Assembly: GCA_032718475.1 (NCBI GenBank)
Contig: JAUCBJ010001873.1
Coordinates: 1 to 64,000 of the forward strand
Source: Nemertoderma westbladi
Lineage: Eukaryota; Animalia; Xenacoelomorpha
Reading direction: 5' to 3'
DNA: 64,000 bases
Positions within the stretch are counted from its first letter, which is position 1. Each line of letters opens with the position of its first letter. The position numbers were made by a program, and so were the translations under genes. The notes below the pieces were generated by a model. The model was given only the letters and a program-made list of their open reading frames with translations. It had not been told where the DNA came from and did no database searches. Below are positions 35,701 through 48,807 of this stretch, piece after piece.

Positions 35701-38700
35701 TTACTTAAATGTTCTTCATCATTTGATTCAACGTTTTCCATCCCTCTCATAACAAGACCCATAATTTTCATTCCATGTCTCCTCAATATTTTATTTGCTT
35801 CTTCATCATCGATTCCATCTTCAATAAATATGCTTTTACAATCAGGATGATCCTCAAACAACCTATTAAGTATTTTAAACAAATAAAACACAACAGTTAA
35901 CAAAAAGAATACAAAGGTGAACAAATCTTGCGTAATAGTTTAGTAATGGAAGACAACATTTAAAGAAAATAATAAGACTTAGAAAATCATAACCGTCAAT
36001 TAACAAAATGCGAAAATAATAAGAGTTAGAAAATCATAGCCGTCAATTGACTAATGAACAAGGCGGGGTATGTGATTCAGATTGGGAAGCATTAAGGCAT
36101 AAATGTCTCATTGAATGTATTTTTCATGTATTTTTATGTTGTGTGTCACTCAATGCGAATATCACTCACTGACTTACTTGTGGAGGAAGAGCAGGCCATC
36201 TTCCAAAGCTAATTATTGAATTATTAGCAAAATCATCACCCTGTTTAAAAACCATCAACCTTTCTAAAAACTACCATGGAAACTATCTGATTTAGTTATC
36301 TGAATGATCCTAAATAGGATATGGGATCCCTTTTAAAGGATATTGTATTCAACATTTATTAACAACATTTTATTAAGTGTACCCCATGTTTGCTTGTGAT
36401 AGGGTGGTGGCATGAAGAGAAGGAGCTGATAATCTAATAAATCTTGACTTTGTAGATGCCTTAGTTTATTTTAACATTAAATGAAATGCACCAAATGTAG
36501 CTTGAAATGTAGTTAGAGAGTCAGCAGCCTCCTTCAAATATTATAAACTATTAAACAAAATTAAAAAAAAAATCAAAAAATTATTAAAAATTATTCATAA
36601 AACAAAAAATTCACGTTCGGCAGGGCCTTCGCCTTGGCGCACACGTAAGTACAGATAAACCTGAAGAATCCGAATAAAGGTATTCTAGATTGCAACGATA
36701 ATAATAATCAAATAGCTTTATTCAACAAAAGTCAAAAAAATGGACAACGGACAGAAAGCAGACAATCAGACAGTAGGCACAAAAAGACAGTCCAGTTAGC
36801 AGTCTGTTGCAGTTAGTACTGTAGTGTGTGTCATAAACAAAGATACTGCAGTTTGTGGCGCCACAAGCCCCCCCCCCCCCCCCCCCCCCCCAGAGGAGGA
36901 CTACGACGCGATGATAGCTGCCTGGAAACGAACTGTCTGATAGAGCGGCCTGACCTGGAAGTTAGTAGTGGCGCTGGAGGAGGCAGGATTGGTGTAGGAG
37001 GCGGCGCTGGAGTCGGCACAGCTTGACGACCTGCGACTTCTGCCCAAGTAGGTGGTGGCCGCGAGATGTAAGCCAGCTTCAGCCTATCGATGGAGACGTT
37101 ATCCGGCTTGCCATTCACTTCTAGGGTGTAGTGCTTGTCGTGTTGTGCCAGGATCTTGAAGGGTCCATTGTATGGCCGCTCCAGCGGTTGTTTGGCCTTC
37201 TTGTCCACGCGGACATAGACGTAGCCAGTGGCTGCAAGGTGGGCTGGCACCTGCGGCGTGCGTTCGGTGTGATGTGCTGGTGGAGGTGGGAGAGCCTTGC
37301 GCATGTCTGCCTGTAGCTGGTGGGCGAACGTCTCTGACGGCTGCAAGGTGCGGGCATCGTGAGACTGGAAGAACTCGCCCGGGAGGCGGAGGGACTCGCC
37401 ATACACTAGATCGGCCGGCGAGCAGTCAGGGTCCTCTCGCCACGCTGAGCGGATGCCGAGCATGACGAGGGGCAACTCGTTCATCCAGTTCGGCCCTGTG
37501 GTACAGGCCTTGATGGCTGCCTTTAGCTGCCTGTGCAGGCGCTCAACCATGCCATTGGCCTGCGGGTGGTATGCTGTGGTCTGGGAGGCGGCGATGCCCA
37601 ACAGCTTGTTCACCTCAGCCCAGAGGTCCGACATGAACTGGGGCCCTCGATCCGAGGTGATGTCTATGGGGACTCCGAAGTTAGAGATCCAGTGCCGGAT
37701 AAAGTTCTTCGAGATCGTCGTTGTGATCGAGTCTGGCATCGGGATTGCCACTGGCCACCTGGTGAAGCGGTCGACGATGGTGAGCAGGTACTTCATACCT
37801 TCACTCTCGGGTAGGGGACCGACCAGATCGATGTGGAGGCTGCTGAAGCGTCCACTCGGCGGAGCGCGGGTGACGAGGGGAGCTCGGACGTGTCGGTGGA
37901 TCTTGGAAGCCTGACAGCCATGGCACTCCTGGCACCAACGGCAGACGTCACGCTTGATGCCGTGCCAGACGAACCTGGAGGCCACGGCCTTCTGCGTGGG
38001 TCGGGCGCCAGCGTGAGAAAGATTGTGAATCGAGTCGAAAGCGCGCCGAGTCCACTCGCTGGGCAGGACTGGTCGTGGCAAGCCCGTGGAGACGTCATAG
38101 AGCACCGTCACTGCGCCGAATGGTATGTCACGGAGCACGAGGCCGCTGATTGCGGTCTGATAGGCGGCCATCTCGTCTATGCTGTCGGCTTGCGCAGTGG
38201 CCAGGATATTGTAGTCGATCGTGGAGATCGCACTGGGGTTGGGGTGCAGCAGGAGAGCAAACTTGTTAGCGCGGCCATCATGCACCGTGTCGATTCTGGA
38301 GAGGGCATCGGCCACCACGTTGTGTTTGCCTTGTACATGCTGCAAATCCGTGGTGAACTCGGCGATGTACGAGAGGTGGCGGGTCTGGCGAGGCGAGCGA
38401 TCAGCTGCACTTGACATCGTGAAGGTTAACGGTTTGTGGTCCGTGTAGAGCGTGAACCTGCGTCCTTCAACGAAGTGGGCGAAGTGTTTGACAGCCAGGT
38501 AGGCGGCTAGGAGTTCCCGGTCAAAGGCGCTGTATTTCTTCTCAGCGACAGAAAGTTTCTTGGAGAAGAATGCGATCGGGACCCACCTACCTTGCTGGAG
38601 CTGGACGTCCTCCAGAGCGTCCGGATACTGCGAAGGCCGACGGGCTAGCCCGCAACTCCCTGGCCTCGACGACTCGGTCGGCAGCCTGGGCGAGTTCGTC

Positions 38701-41218
38701 AAGGCTGGGTAGGTCCTGCGCGGCCAACACTGCGCGGACCTCAATTGGGAGCTGGGCGAGAAAGAGTGCGCGACGGAGCGTTTCGGGGTCGTTGTTGAGT
38801 CCCCGGATCCAGCGTAGAAGGGCGGTAGGTTTCTTGTCTCCAAGTCCGGAGAGGGAGAGGAGCTCGGCGTCCTTCTGTGCCTGGGACTTGGCAAAGGCGG
38901 TGCACAGAGCCAGTTTGATCGCGTCATACCTGTTGGTGGCCGGTGGGTTGAGCAGGGTGGCCCTCACCTCCGACGCTGTCGCGTTGTCCAGGGCCATCAC
39001 CACGTAGTTAAACTTAGTGTCGTCAGCCACGATCGCGCGGGTGGCGAACTGAGCTTCGACGCGCGTAAACCAGACGTCCGGGTTATCGGTCCAGAAGTCA
39101 GGGAGTTTGATAGAGACGGCGTTGGCGGTCGCTAGAGCGGACGGCTGTACTGGTAGCTGAAGGTCCTTGAGAGCGTGAGTGTGGGCTTGTATGTCGGTTT
39201 GTTCCATCTTAAGTTCTTTGCGTCTGGGTCACCAATGAAGAATCTGAATAAAGGTATTCTAGATTGCAACGATAATAATAATCAAATAGCTTTATTCAAC
39301 AAAAGTCAGAAAAAATGGACAACGGACAGAAAGCAGACAATCAGACAGTAGGCACAAAAAGACAGTCCAGTTAGCAGTCTGTTGCAGTTAGTACTGTAGT
39401 GTGTGTCATAAACAAAGATACTGCAGTTTGTGGCGCCACAAACCTTTGCGTTGAGGTACAATTAGTAGACCTAGCCATTCGCCCCCTAGAGCGGTCGACT
39501 CGACAGATGAACTAAAGAAGTCTGTATGTGTGTATAATTCTAAACTTTTTATAGACTACATGTGTACCAATGTTGGTTCCATTTCATTGGAACCATTCAT
39601 TCCAATTTGGTTGACCGACTTATTAGGTTTCAAACATTTCCAACATCTTGAGAGCCTCTCTCATGAAAAGGACCTTATTCAATTGTAATATATTGCGCTG
39701 CTCGAATACTTGTCAAAAAACAGAAGAGCCATGTGAGTGAATAATACCAAACCAATAAAGGACATAATTAAGGGAGTAATAACAGTGGATATAATATTGA
39801 CAATCGATTGAATCATGTATGCTAACTACTCTAATATTACTTTATTATATATTATTATGTATTATTGGTGTTTACATTATTCGCTCCGCACGTGCAATAA
39901 CTCCTATTGGTGAGAATAGTAGTTAACTAGTAGATATCAAATATACATTGCAAGTCATTAAAAGAATCGGATAAGGATCTTTCGATATTCTCACCCCCAT
40001 GACGAAAGATATCCCTTTAGTGACGTTTGATGAAGGAGAGTTCCCTTGCAAGCCATTCATTACGTTGTAACTAATATATCAAGTTTGAGAAAATAAATGA
40101 CAAAAATTAGCGAAAAAAACACAACACAAAAACACGCAATAGATGCGAAGAGTCTCGAAGAGACCCTAAATAGATTCAGCGTGGTCTCCCTGTGATTTTT
40201 TTCCATCATCATTCCCCTCCACCCACACCTCCCCCCCCCCCCCCCCCCTCCCTCAGCACAGAGACTATTATTAACATCCAAACATTTCGATGGACAGGTC
40301 TACTAATTACACCCCTATGCTAAGGCTCACGTGGCTCGCCCCCACATTATTGATGACATCAGATTACTAAGACGAACAGCAGCAATATTATTATAGTAAA
40401 ATCTCCCACCGCGACTATACAGCTTGCTCATGTATTATTATATCTTGGTTTTTGGGTCGAATACGTTTAAGAAGAGTTCCAAAGATAGTTCCGTGCCCAG
40501 GTCACTGTTAAACATCACGAGCTATGCCCTGTTGAAGGCCTGTTATTTGTAATTAAATACATGTTGGGTTGAAATATTGGCAATAACTGTTCATTTTTGA
40601 TCACCCTAAAGATCCACCACCTGCTTTGACTACTTTAAGAAGATTTCAACGTGGTAAATGGGAAACATTGGTATCCAAACATGTTTAAAATGCACCTTTC
40701 TACTGTTGCATTACTAATGGATTCAACCTACAAACATATCACCTTGCTTGTCCTGAGGAATTTATCGTCTCCCATTACTACCTGGAAGCCAGTGAATCGC
40801 ATAACTTCAGCTTCCCCAGCTTCTCGTGCATACAGGCCAAGAGTTTTTGTAAAATGGCAACAAACTACAGGAGTATGTTTGAAAATGCAGGTACTGTAGT
40901 AATGATGCAATCACTTCCGCAAGTGACAGCAGCAATGAAACAGAAATGTAGAAGCCGATTTAGGCTTTTTTTTCTTTTGTATGCAATTGCTCATATAATT
41001 TGTTAAAATATATATACATCAAAATCCAACCAACCACAACTTCATGTTACCTCCTGTTTAACTTACCTGGTCAGTAACATAACACCTATGGGTTCCAAAT
41101 CATCGCGAATTACATCGAAGGAATCTAGCAACAACAACTTTTGTTTTTTGGTCAATTGTGGCCGTTCCTCTGGTAATTTACTGACATCATTCGCCAAGTC
41201 ACTACCCCCGCAACCCAT
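32790..41218 (-). CDS. Globin with predicted N-terminal acylation (Globin X-like), 175 aa; exons 41218-41067, 35862-35640, 32942-32790
   Basis: The GT-AG spliced frame is open (152+223+153 nt): MGCGGS...LTKKQKLLLLDSF...R|LFEDHPDCKSIF...LRRHGMKIM...LGKRHVGY...LIE|MFANHF...WSPEVENAWKMFF. Intron phases 2 and 0 fit the canonical B12.2 and G7.0 positions; CD1 Phe, E7 His and F8 His are present. Confidence 0.92.
33278..33337 (+). repeat. 13-bp tandem repeat (AGCACAGCAACCC) x~4.5
   Basis: Directly visible in globin intron 2. Confidence 0.9.
36662..39440 (-). mobile_element. Gypsy LTR retrotransposon (CsRN1-like), internally deleted, in globin intron 1
   Basis: LTRs 36662-36865 and 39236-39440 (TG...CA; two differences seen); TSD AACC; PBS TGGTGACCCAGACG; poly-G purine tract; gag 38587..39207 (KLPDFW...WF..VEAQF); RNase H C-terminal part and integrase in 36831..~38610. 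Confidence 0.96.
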
Positions 41219-41912
41219 TCTAAGTTACCAAATAGTTTCCTTATAAGGTCGCAAAGGTAACTACTACTACTAAGTCAGGCGAGAGCGGACAAAGTATATT
41301 TATTATATTTTTTTATATGATATTATTGATATTTTTCAATACGCGATATTTTTACTCGCGATTTTTTTCAATTTAACCACCATTATGTCTAGAACAGATC
41401 ATATCTATTACCTGTATTTTTCTACTGCAGTATTAATACTACAATGTAGGTACATACGCAGTACTCTTTTTATCAACTACAATTTTTCAGTAGAATAATT
41501 TTACATTTACACTTTGGACAATATTTCGGAAATTCAAAGGCTAATAAGTATAAACTGCATCCGTAAAACAACGTGGGAAAACGTTACTATCTTGCCAACA
41601 AAACTTCAACAATAGGTTTTGTTGGGCTCAGCCCAGCAATCTTCCTTAAAACATCCAATCACGCACTGCTGTAACAATAAGTGGTTGATTGGTCCATCCA
41701 CATTGGTTACTTATCCTAATATATAATACAGCAGTACGGAGCTGTTGGTGATGCTGAATTACCAACCATTTCACAACCATAACGTATTGTACATACACGA
41801 AGTGGGGCCTTTATATAATTGCGCGTAATGTGCCATTATGGACCCACCCCCTAATAGTGTCAGTTTGCTAATGCTCCGCCAACTTCGTGGCTCACCCAAT
41901 ATACATAGCCCT

Positions 41913-42610
41913 CCTACTACTACTATTATCGCGAGATTATTCTCATCTTCAAGGACAGTGTCCGTTAAGAGGCATCTCAGGAAAATCATGGGTTGTCAAT
42001 CATGCTTATTTTCTCTATGGGGTTGCCAAAGCACTAGTTTGTGCACAGGCGTGTCCTCATGGCGAAAGCGATGTCCTGTAAAGCGGAAGCGGTTCCGTTC
42101 ATGAGTCAAGCTTGGAGGAACCAAAGATACACCTCCAATGTTATATAGTGTCTGGTTGTAGATGTGTGCATTGTACTTGACACAGTGAACCAGGTGTAGC
42201 ATTCTTGTGATTGTGCCATCCAGAGATTTGGTGTCCTTATCAGTTAGAACCCAGCATGGACTCCCATAGAGGAGTACTGAAACTACTGCTGCTCTAAATA
42301 ATCGGACCCTAAGTTTCAGATGTATTCTGTGTGGCTTCCAAATCCTGGAAATCCCATTAAATGCTGTCAATGTCTTTCCCTGGCTTGCCCTATTCGAAGG
42401 TCCTCACCTGACTTCCTGACATGACCATGATCCCGGGTAACAGCAGTCGTCCACATGCTCAAGAATACCATCCTTTGAGCTTATGCTTATACAATCAGAG
42501 ATTTTCAACAGCCTTCAATTCAGCAAAGGAGATATCGCCAATGGGAATATCTGGCAGAACAGAGTCTGACACTTTTACTTCTATAAAGTTATCTGGCAAT
42601 ACCCTCCCTG
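41913..42610 (-). mobile_element. Diverged, internally deleted RTE copy
   Basis: ORF 41996..42370; (TAG)n tail at ~41913-41925. Confidence 0.85.
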
Positions 42611-43640
42611 CCCTAACCTTGGTGGTGGGGCTTTACCTCAAAGTCAGCAAGTTGATCGATTTCCATAGCCCCCCTAGTGGTTCGTTACCCTTAATTAATC
42701 TTCACTTTCCATCTCACAACGCAAACACGACTTATACGAGCCAGGTTATATTGTTTTCCTTACCTGAAAGGACTTTGAGCTTGACTTCGATATTAATATC
42801 CCATCCCTGTTACTTATTTAGAATAGATAGTGATAATTTTATACCTAAGGGGGGACAAGTAAGTAGTGCCAAACTATCATCAATCAGTTTCAAGTCCTAT
42901 ACTGAGCAGTGTATCGTATGTACTGTACTGTACAGAAAGAATACTGCCATATTATTGTAATACTGTAAATAGCACAATAATACTTAATCTACATCAATGT
43001 GTTAGCTAAACTACATACTTTTGTAGAATAATTAATGTTGTTAATTAATTAATAGTAATTTATTAATAGTAATATTAATAATTAAGTAATACTAAATAAT
43101 AATAATATTAGTAGTTTTGAAATTATCCTTAAACTAGTAGTAAATTAATAGAATGTTTTTACTGCCACTACTACGGAATGTGTGTGCTGTTTGTTCGTGG
43201 TTGAGTTTTGCCATTAGTGCAGCAACGGACGAAACAATTTATTTAATTTTAACTTAATTAATGGTGATTTTATTTTATAATTTTATACTTCTCGACTGAT
43301 GGGGAGTATTATTACCGGCATAGCATTCTTAATGCCCGGTAAGCATCACAGTACGCCAATTGTAGATTGCATGGTTGTGGCATAAATTCTTTGTTAATCC
43401 ATCATAGTCTCTCAATGTGCAGCTGCAATGCAGTAGGTATAGATAGAGATTATAGGGTAAATAATTAATGTTGGAAGAGCAACCAACTGTACATTATTAT
43501 AATATCGTTCACATCGTCACACTCCAGGGTCGCTTTCCACCCTCAATAAATAATATATATTTTTTTTATTATATCGACGAATAATGCCTTCTATATTTCG
43601 CTGTCCTCCATAAATAAAAATAAAATATATATCGATGTAT

Positions 43641-44121
43641 TACTAGGATCGGCATGCTGCTTTGCAGCTGCATTTTTAAGAATGCTGTACCGGCTTGTCG
43701 ACAAAATTGCGCCGCCACAACTCCCTATCACCCATGACATTTGCTAGATCATCCGCATCTTCAAGTCCTGTGTCCTTTAAGATGCATCTCAAGAAAGTCA
43801 TGGGCTGTCCACCATGCTTATTCATTCCATGAGGCTACCAAAGCACAAGATTATGCACTGGCTGATCCTCACGGCGAAAGCAATGTCCTGCAAAGCGGAG
43901 GCGACTTTGTTCTAGTGTTAAGCTTGGGTGAACCAATGAGGCACCTCCAATACTATATAGTGTCTGGTTGGAGATGTGTGCATTGTACTTGACACAATGA
44001 ACCCGGCGTAGCATTCTTGTGAATGTGCCATCCAGAGCTTTGGTGTCCTCAGCAGTTAGAGCCCAGCATGGACTCCCATAGAGGAGTACTGAAACTACTG
44101 CTGCTCTAAATAATCGGACCT
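43641..44121 (-). mobile_element. Short RTE 3' copy
   Basis: Matches the family 3' end and ORF 43835..44221 from KVRLFRAAV onward. Confidence 0.9.
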
Positions 44122-45071
44122 TATTGGGCATTATCGATGTATAATGCCTTCTACATTCCTTCTGCTTACCGGCAGCTTCTTGCCATCGAGTCCTGTAGAG
44201 AAATCTACTGTTGGTTGCCAAGACGAACCGGAATCGATATCATTACGAGACGCAGGGCACTGGCCGTAGGTGTATTATCATTCTGATAGAAACTTAAAAT
44301 AATATATTAAACCTTCTCAAGAGAAGAGGGTTTACCTAAACTAACGTTAATTAATATTAAACTTTGAGACGGGGGTGGGGATTGGGCGCAAATCCCATCT
44401 TGGCGAATTAATATACCGCCTCAATGTTAAATTCTCAATTTAGGGAAAGGATCAGGTTACAGTGGCATGTTATGTTAACCAAAACAATAATCTAAACACA
44501 ATAGAACAGGGCCAGTTTTATTGTTGAGAATAATCAGCTGTTATTTGTGTCAAATTTCCCTTGGAGAGGGATGAACTTTTATTGCGTCCAGTTTCCTCCC
44601 ATACCTGTTAACTTTATATCTAAATTTACCATAATTATTGAGGTATTATTGTTATTATTGTCTTTTTATATAACAAATATTTAAAAAATGACTTATTATA
44701 TTTATTATGAAAATAAATTAAATTAGTTAATTATTTTAGTTTATTATTGAATTTATTTGAGTCAGACAGTATTATGACTGTCTGGTAAGTTGTCAATACT
44801 CCAAATCTAGTCTAGGCCATTACTGTTATTCATAATATTATTTTACTTTATTTTAAGGAACTGACTGACTCTTCCTATCTATAAACATATATAGGAAGAA
44901 CTTGGTAACTCTTTTTTATTATTATACTTTTTATATCATGTAATACCGAAATCCTAAATAATAATCTTATTGAAACTTGTTAACTTTTGTTATGTTCAAG
45001 AAAACAACACATCTTTTATTAGTCTGATCTTTATTTATCTGATATTTTTTTAGTATCATAATGAAGTAGAC

Positions 45072-46329
45072 ATGGATAGCGTTTTGGATATGTTTATGAC
45101 GATGCATCGTTTGATGATCACAACTTATGTATATATATTTTTGTTTCTTCTACATACTATTGCCCGCTCCCTACCATACTTACCTGCTTTTATGACTCGC
45201 CGCATTCTGGGGCCTTTGAAACTAATTGGTTGTAAACTAAACTTTGGAGACTTTGTGGAGGTCTGCCAGTCTATGACCATCACATGGCACACATTCCGTG
45301 CTCTTTACCTCTCACGGTTAGCTGATTATGAGAAACAGGTTAAATACGGACTTCGGGTGAAGAACTTACCTGTTATTCCTGTTGCTAACGAATCGGGATT
45401 AGTTAAACTTTCTCCGCAAAGCGACACCTTTCTGTTTGATTATTCTAAACACAGACGCCCTCTTGTGTTGGTGCTTGGAAGTTGTTCATGACCCTCCTTT
45501 ATTTATTGGCTGTCTAGGATAAGGGAAATAGCACTCTCATATAAAGAAGTTTCAGATTTCCTTTGCGTCTATATTCAGGTAATTCTTATATTTAACCTTT
45601 CATGGTCAATTGACAGTAAAATGTTTTCATATAACAATTCTATAATTCTTAATCATAATCTATATTTTTAGGAAGCTTATCCCACTGATGGATGGTTTCT
45701 AAGGGGGTATTCCATTGTTCCACAACATAAAACTCTCGAAGAGAGAATGGCTGCCGCTAAATATTTCGTCAAATTAAATTCCGATATTCTCCAAGCATTC
45801 CCTGTGGCGGTTGATGACATTGACAATGCTTTGGGAAAGGTATGTAAACCTAAACTTTATATGTACAGTGAAGTAGGTAGAATTGAACACTTTATATGTA
45901 GGGCTACAGTACAGTAGGTAAGGTACAATAATACGACACTTTATTGACAAGTTTTTAACATCCAACACCGCCACACAGCCAGGTACCACATAAATATAGA
46001 ATGTAGCTATTTCATTGAAAAGACATTAATTAAACGCGAAATATATAATATTATTATTCAAGTAATTAATTGTTATTAATGTTATTAAATGTTACTAATC
46101 AACCAAAGTTCACAACCAATAGCACCGTTTTTATACCTCTATCTTTTCTTACATAATATTCCTTTTTTTATAGGCCTATGGAGTTTTGAACGAAAGACTT
46201 TATATCATCCAAAACGGTGTTTGTGTCTATGAAGGTGGAATGGGTCCTGTGAATTTTCGTCCAGAGGAGGTCGCTGATTGGCTATGTAAATATGAGAGCG
46301 AGTTAAAAATTAATGAACATCGTAGATAA
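45072..46329 (+). CDS. DIO: Iodothyronine deiodinase-like selenoprotein, 276 aa; exons 45072-45578, 45672-45839, 46174-46329; TGA 45489-45491 read as Sec
   Basis: RPLVLVLGSCS-TGA-PSF...DFLCVYIQ|EAYPTDGW...PQHKTLEER..AA...VDDIDN...K|AYGVLNERLYIIQNG...YEGGMGP; the frame stays open past the TGA; GT-AG introns in phase 0; hydrophobic N-terminal segment. Confidence 0.95.
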
Positions 46330-46434
46330 AACTTATATTGTCCGTTTTGTAACTAACTATGTACAGCTCGTCCTTGGTTTACATTCGCACGTAGTCTATC
46401 ACATTATCGCTTCGTTCGGTTATTTTTTACCTAG

Positions 46435-46500
46435 TTGCATTTAATGACACGGCCACCGGAAAGCTTCCTTGAAGAAACGTGGCTGTCGATATATAATGTA
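46435..46500 (+). promoter_or_regulatory. SECIS element
   Basis: Helix I GCATT/AATGT; ATGA at 46444-46447 opposite CGAT; helix II ACGGCCAC/GTGGCTGT; apical AAA; ~110 nt after the stop codon. Confidence 0.88.
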
Positions 46501-47169
46501 TTTTTCTTGTATAACTGGTAACTATATTATAACGTGATATGTTTGTTATATTTAATATTAAGAATATATTTAATTATTAGAAATGGCTTGAAGCAATAAA
46601 ACAAACTAAGATTGTTGCACTGATTTTTCATGACGTTCTATGGGAGTTTATAATATCGGATACAAAGGCACTTGCACTTTTATTGCAGACCATGTTCTAT
46701 GCTCCATATTCTAACTGAATTATGGAGCATGGCGTGGGCTTAGGAGTTTTAATTTAATTTGAAGTGACAAATATAACTATAAGATGAACCAGAGTTTGTT
46801 TAATTTATAAAATTTATGAATTTAATCGAAACGTTTTAAACAAATTGCAAATTTTTTATTATTTTTATTGTAATTTCAGTAGACCTACCGGTACATGTTA
46901 TAATGTGTGCGTATGGTGAACTCATATCTTTGGTGCGGACGAAGGGGGGTTGGGGGGTGTACAAAAAGGAGACAAAGAAATGTAAATCTTGTATTGGCAT
47001 CGTGGAATTTATTTAGAATACTGTATATTATATTTATTAATCATATACAGTATGTCAATAAGTAATAATTTTTAATATTGATAACGAAATCAATTATGTA
47101 TGTAATATCAGCATACAGTATACCTTACATAGGCGGCGGAATAAACGCCGATACTGGGTTCACCCTATC

Positions 47170-47583
47170 ATTCAAGAAAATGTTGTCACGCGGCGTTATC
47201 GGAAAATTTTATCAAGATGTGCGGGCAGATGAACATAAGTTTTTTGATTATACGATACTGCCAATTCCATCTTTTGATGAATTACTATCATCTATAGAAC
47301 CTCATTATATGCAAAAGTGTTAGCAAGATGAGGAAGTCTATACCGTGTTATGAAATACTACTTCTTACTCAATTAATGTAGCCGCTATAAATTTATAAAC
47401 ATCTTCATTACTTCTGATTGGCTGCCAATGCTAGAAATGCCAGGTTTCAACTTTCATGTAAGATAGAACATAAGGACTAGTGGCTTTTGAAAGTTGACTG
47501 TTTATGTGTGAACGTCCTCTTAGGCTACAATATGTTGTATCTTTTAATTGAAAGTTGAAAGCTCATGTGTGACCCGGGCCTAA
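47170..47583 (+). pseudogene. PIF/Harbinger transposase N-terminal relic
   Basis: DEHKFFDY...SFDELLSSIEP...MRKSI pattern; nearby GTGTGACCCGGGCC|TAA resembles a Harbinger end. Confidence 0.5.
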
Positions 47584-48132
47584 TCATCATAATTTTACAT
47601 TATTGTAAAGTATTTAGAATGCACTCAATTTTAAACTTACCGTACTCAAATATGGACTATTTTTTTTAACAGTATGTCTGTCCAGTATAAATTAATTTTA
47701 ATCCAAATGTTGGAATTAAGTGAATCTAACTTCCCCTATAATAATATTTTGCATTCTTTGTCGGATTGTTGGTAAGAAAAGAACGATAAATGGTGAAAAG
47801 TTACAAAATATTGCATTCTACTGTATGACACTACAGTTTGGTGAGCAGTATAATAGTTAATAATGAACTGTATAATATTATACAGAATTCATACAGTAAC
47901 AACAATAACATTGGCTGGGGGGTTCATAATGTCTTACGTGTCATAACACAATTGGTGCCAAGAGGAAGGCCCTTAACAAGCAAAGAAAAAATTTGGTAAA
48001 TATCCAAAATTATACCTTAAAACACGTGTAACAAGTGTAAAGCCTGTTGAATTACCTGTTTCGAGTTTAGTTTGTCTTACAAACAGCAATATAAACTCAA
48101 ACAAAAATTACTTTTCGAAAAATTTATGTGAA

Positions 48133-48807
48133 ATGGCACGATTTGCTTTGTTTAGATTTATTATTTGTTTGATATCTTGCTTAGCAACGTATGCGGGGAA
48201 GTTTACCGTCACGCATAAAGTGCGTTTCGGAATAAGCGTGGCTGGAAAGGATGAGGGATCGATTGAGATGGGGTTGTTTGGAGAAACGGTTCCAAAAACC
48301 GTGAAGAATTTCGTAGCCCTCGCTAACCACACCTACGGATACGGGTACAAATATTCGCAATTCCATCGTATCATACAGAACTTTATGATCCAAGGAGGGG
48401 ACATCGTGGAAGGAGATGGAACTGGAGACAAAAGCATCTACGGAGAGAAGTTCGACGATGAGAACTTTGAGTTATCGCATTACGGCGCGGGTTGGGTGTC
48501 CATGGCGAACAAAGGAGCGAACACGAATTCGTGTCAGTTCTTTATCACCGTAGTCCCAACCCGGTGGTTGGACGGACATCACGTGGTCTTTGGGAAAGTG
48601 TTCGAGGGGATGGATCTTATCTCGGTCCTGTCACACATGACCACGGATAAGTTTGGAAAACCGAAAGTTAAAGTTGTCATCGCTGAAGTAGAGGTTTGGG
48701 ATGTTGAGCCGTACGATATAGATAACCCCGTAGTCGATGATGATGATGACGATGACGTTAAGGATGAAGACGATGTTCAACTTGGTACTGATGATGGAGA
48801 ACTGTAG
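48133..48807 (+). CDS. PPIB: Cyclophilin B-like peptidyl-prolyl isomerase, intronless CDS
   Basis: Signal peptide; [68 protein letters not shown]. Confidence 0.93.
   Translation: MARFALFRFIICLISCLATYAGKFTVTHKVRFGISVAGKDEGSIEMGLFGETVPKTVKNFVALANHTYGYGYKYSQFHRIIQNFMIQGGDIVEGDGTGDKSIYGEKFDDENFELSHYGAGWVSMANKGANTNSCQFFITVVPTRWLDGHHVVFGKVFEGMDLISVLSHMTTDKFGKPKVKVVIAEVEVWDVEPYDIDNPVVDDDDDDDVKDEDDVQLGTDDGEL

Noticed and set aside
37121-39007. Many overlapping and antisense ORFs in the Gypsy element
   Set aside because: Expected from GC-rich coding sequence; no recognisable domains.
40480-40920. Coding-like stretch in globin intron 1
   Set aside because: Stops interrupt the frames I read and I recognise no domain; possibly a transposon relic.
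41218-45072. Globin and deiodinase as a co-regulated head-to-head pair
   Set aside because: They are ~3.9 kb apart with RTE fragments between them; the sequence shows no shared promoter.
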